A stretch of 64,000 nucleotides of DNA from Mobula hypostoma (taxonomy: Eukaryota). Shown in pieces: positions 63,013 through 64,000 of the stretch. Within the stretch, counting starts at the first letter, position 1. The number at the start of each line of letters is the position of its first letter. The stretch is taken from assembly GCF_963921235.1 (NCBI RefSeq), contig NC_086097.1, positions 237,586,001-237,650,000 on the forward strand, in the 5' to 3' direction. Both the position numbers and the translations under genes were made by a program. The notes below the pieces were generated by a model. That model had not been told where the DNA came from. It searched no databases and saw nothing but the letters and a program-made list of their open reading frames with translations.

Positions 63013-64000
63013 TCAATATCCTAAAATGGAGTACCGGAACAAAATTTAAAATTTCCCTGTAGGCTTTCGGTGTTAGCTGAGGCTTAAAATCTAAAGCTGT
63101 TAATGATGCAGGCGCTGGTTATAAGCAGATCTCCAACAGTGAACATAACCTTTTCAAATTTTCATGACGAAACCACTGTTTGTTGGGTTGTAAGAAATAT
63201 ATAAGAAAATGCACTTAAGCTGATAAGTCCTTTGGCACCAGAGTGGTCTTTTCTTTTTTCTTATGCTGCCGGATTAACTAGGCTTCACTTCGTTCATCCT
63301 TCTTCTCCAAGTCATGAAAAACAGAATCTCTATTTAAAGGCTCACTCTGCAATTCTTAAGCAAATAAGGGCGTGACTTAAAATAAAGTTTATTTTTATTG
63401 AAAAGCAACAAAATGAAAACGGAAGGTTTTCATACCAGCTGAAACTCTCTGGTAGGGTTTTCTATTGTCTGGCTTCTCCTGTAATCAGGCATGGTTTGAA
63501 TCCATAGTCCTGATCCGTACCAGTGAAGTAATTCTAACCAGGGTATATCATGAACTAATAGCTGTACTAATCTGTAGCTAGTTTACCAACCAGCGCAACT
63601 TTTGTCATCTCAGCAGTCAGAATTTCTGACTGAGAGGAACATTTCCTCTTTCTGGTCACTTCTCGGAACCCTTAAGTAACCTGAGATGTATCTACACTTG
63701 AAAAAGAACATACCTCCTGCTCAGAGGTAGAGGACTGGGGTAAGTTTCTGTGGTCTGGCATTTTCTTAGGCCCAGCACCAGCCAGATCCCAAAGATACCA
63801 GAACAGAGAATATCAGCTTGTATATCAATAAAACAAATATGTATTAGGTTTGTCCAAGGCATCAGAATTTTTCCAAGGTCTGCACATGCATGACTATGTT
63901 CGCCAAGTCATGTCCTTTAAAACAACAACACCTACCTTAATTTTTAGCCACTAAATGACAGTTGAATTTCTGCTGCAATATATTGAATTTAGGATAGTAA

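Overview
Eukaryotic, repeat-dense vertebrate DNA. The CR1 LINE, V-SINE, Rex1/Babar and Penelope repertoire points to a cartilaginous fish, probably a ray (inference). The only host coding sequence I can support is one 113-nt exon on the minus strand (54894-55006) encoding [37 protein letters not shown], the C-terminal part of a CUB domain that best matches CSMD3. The rest of the window is therefore most likely giant CSMD3 intron. It is filled with nested CR1, Rex1/Babar and RTE LINEs, V-/CORE-SINEs, Penelope-like elements (PLEs), solo LTRs, and hAT and Tc1/mariner derivatives. Highlights: (1) PLE termini carry minimal type-I hammerhead ribozyme motifs, one fully intact and in sense to the CSMD3 pre-mRNA; (2) an LTR-retrotransposon derivative has two inverted U5 ends and a clean 4-bp TSD; (3) a locally templated 139-bp insertion has a 13-bp TSD; (4) RTE and Charlie-type hAT fragments are horizontal-transfer candidates. 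Boundaries of old repeats are approximate and were read by eye. No database searches were run.
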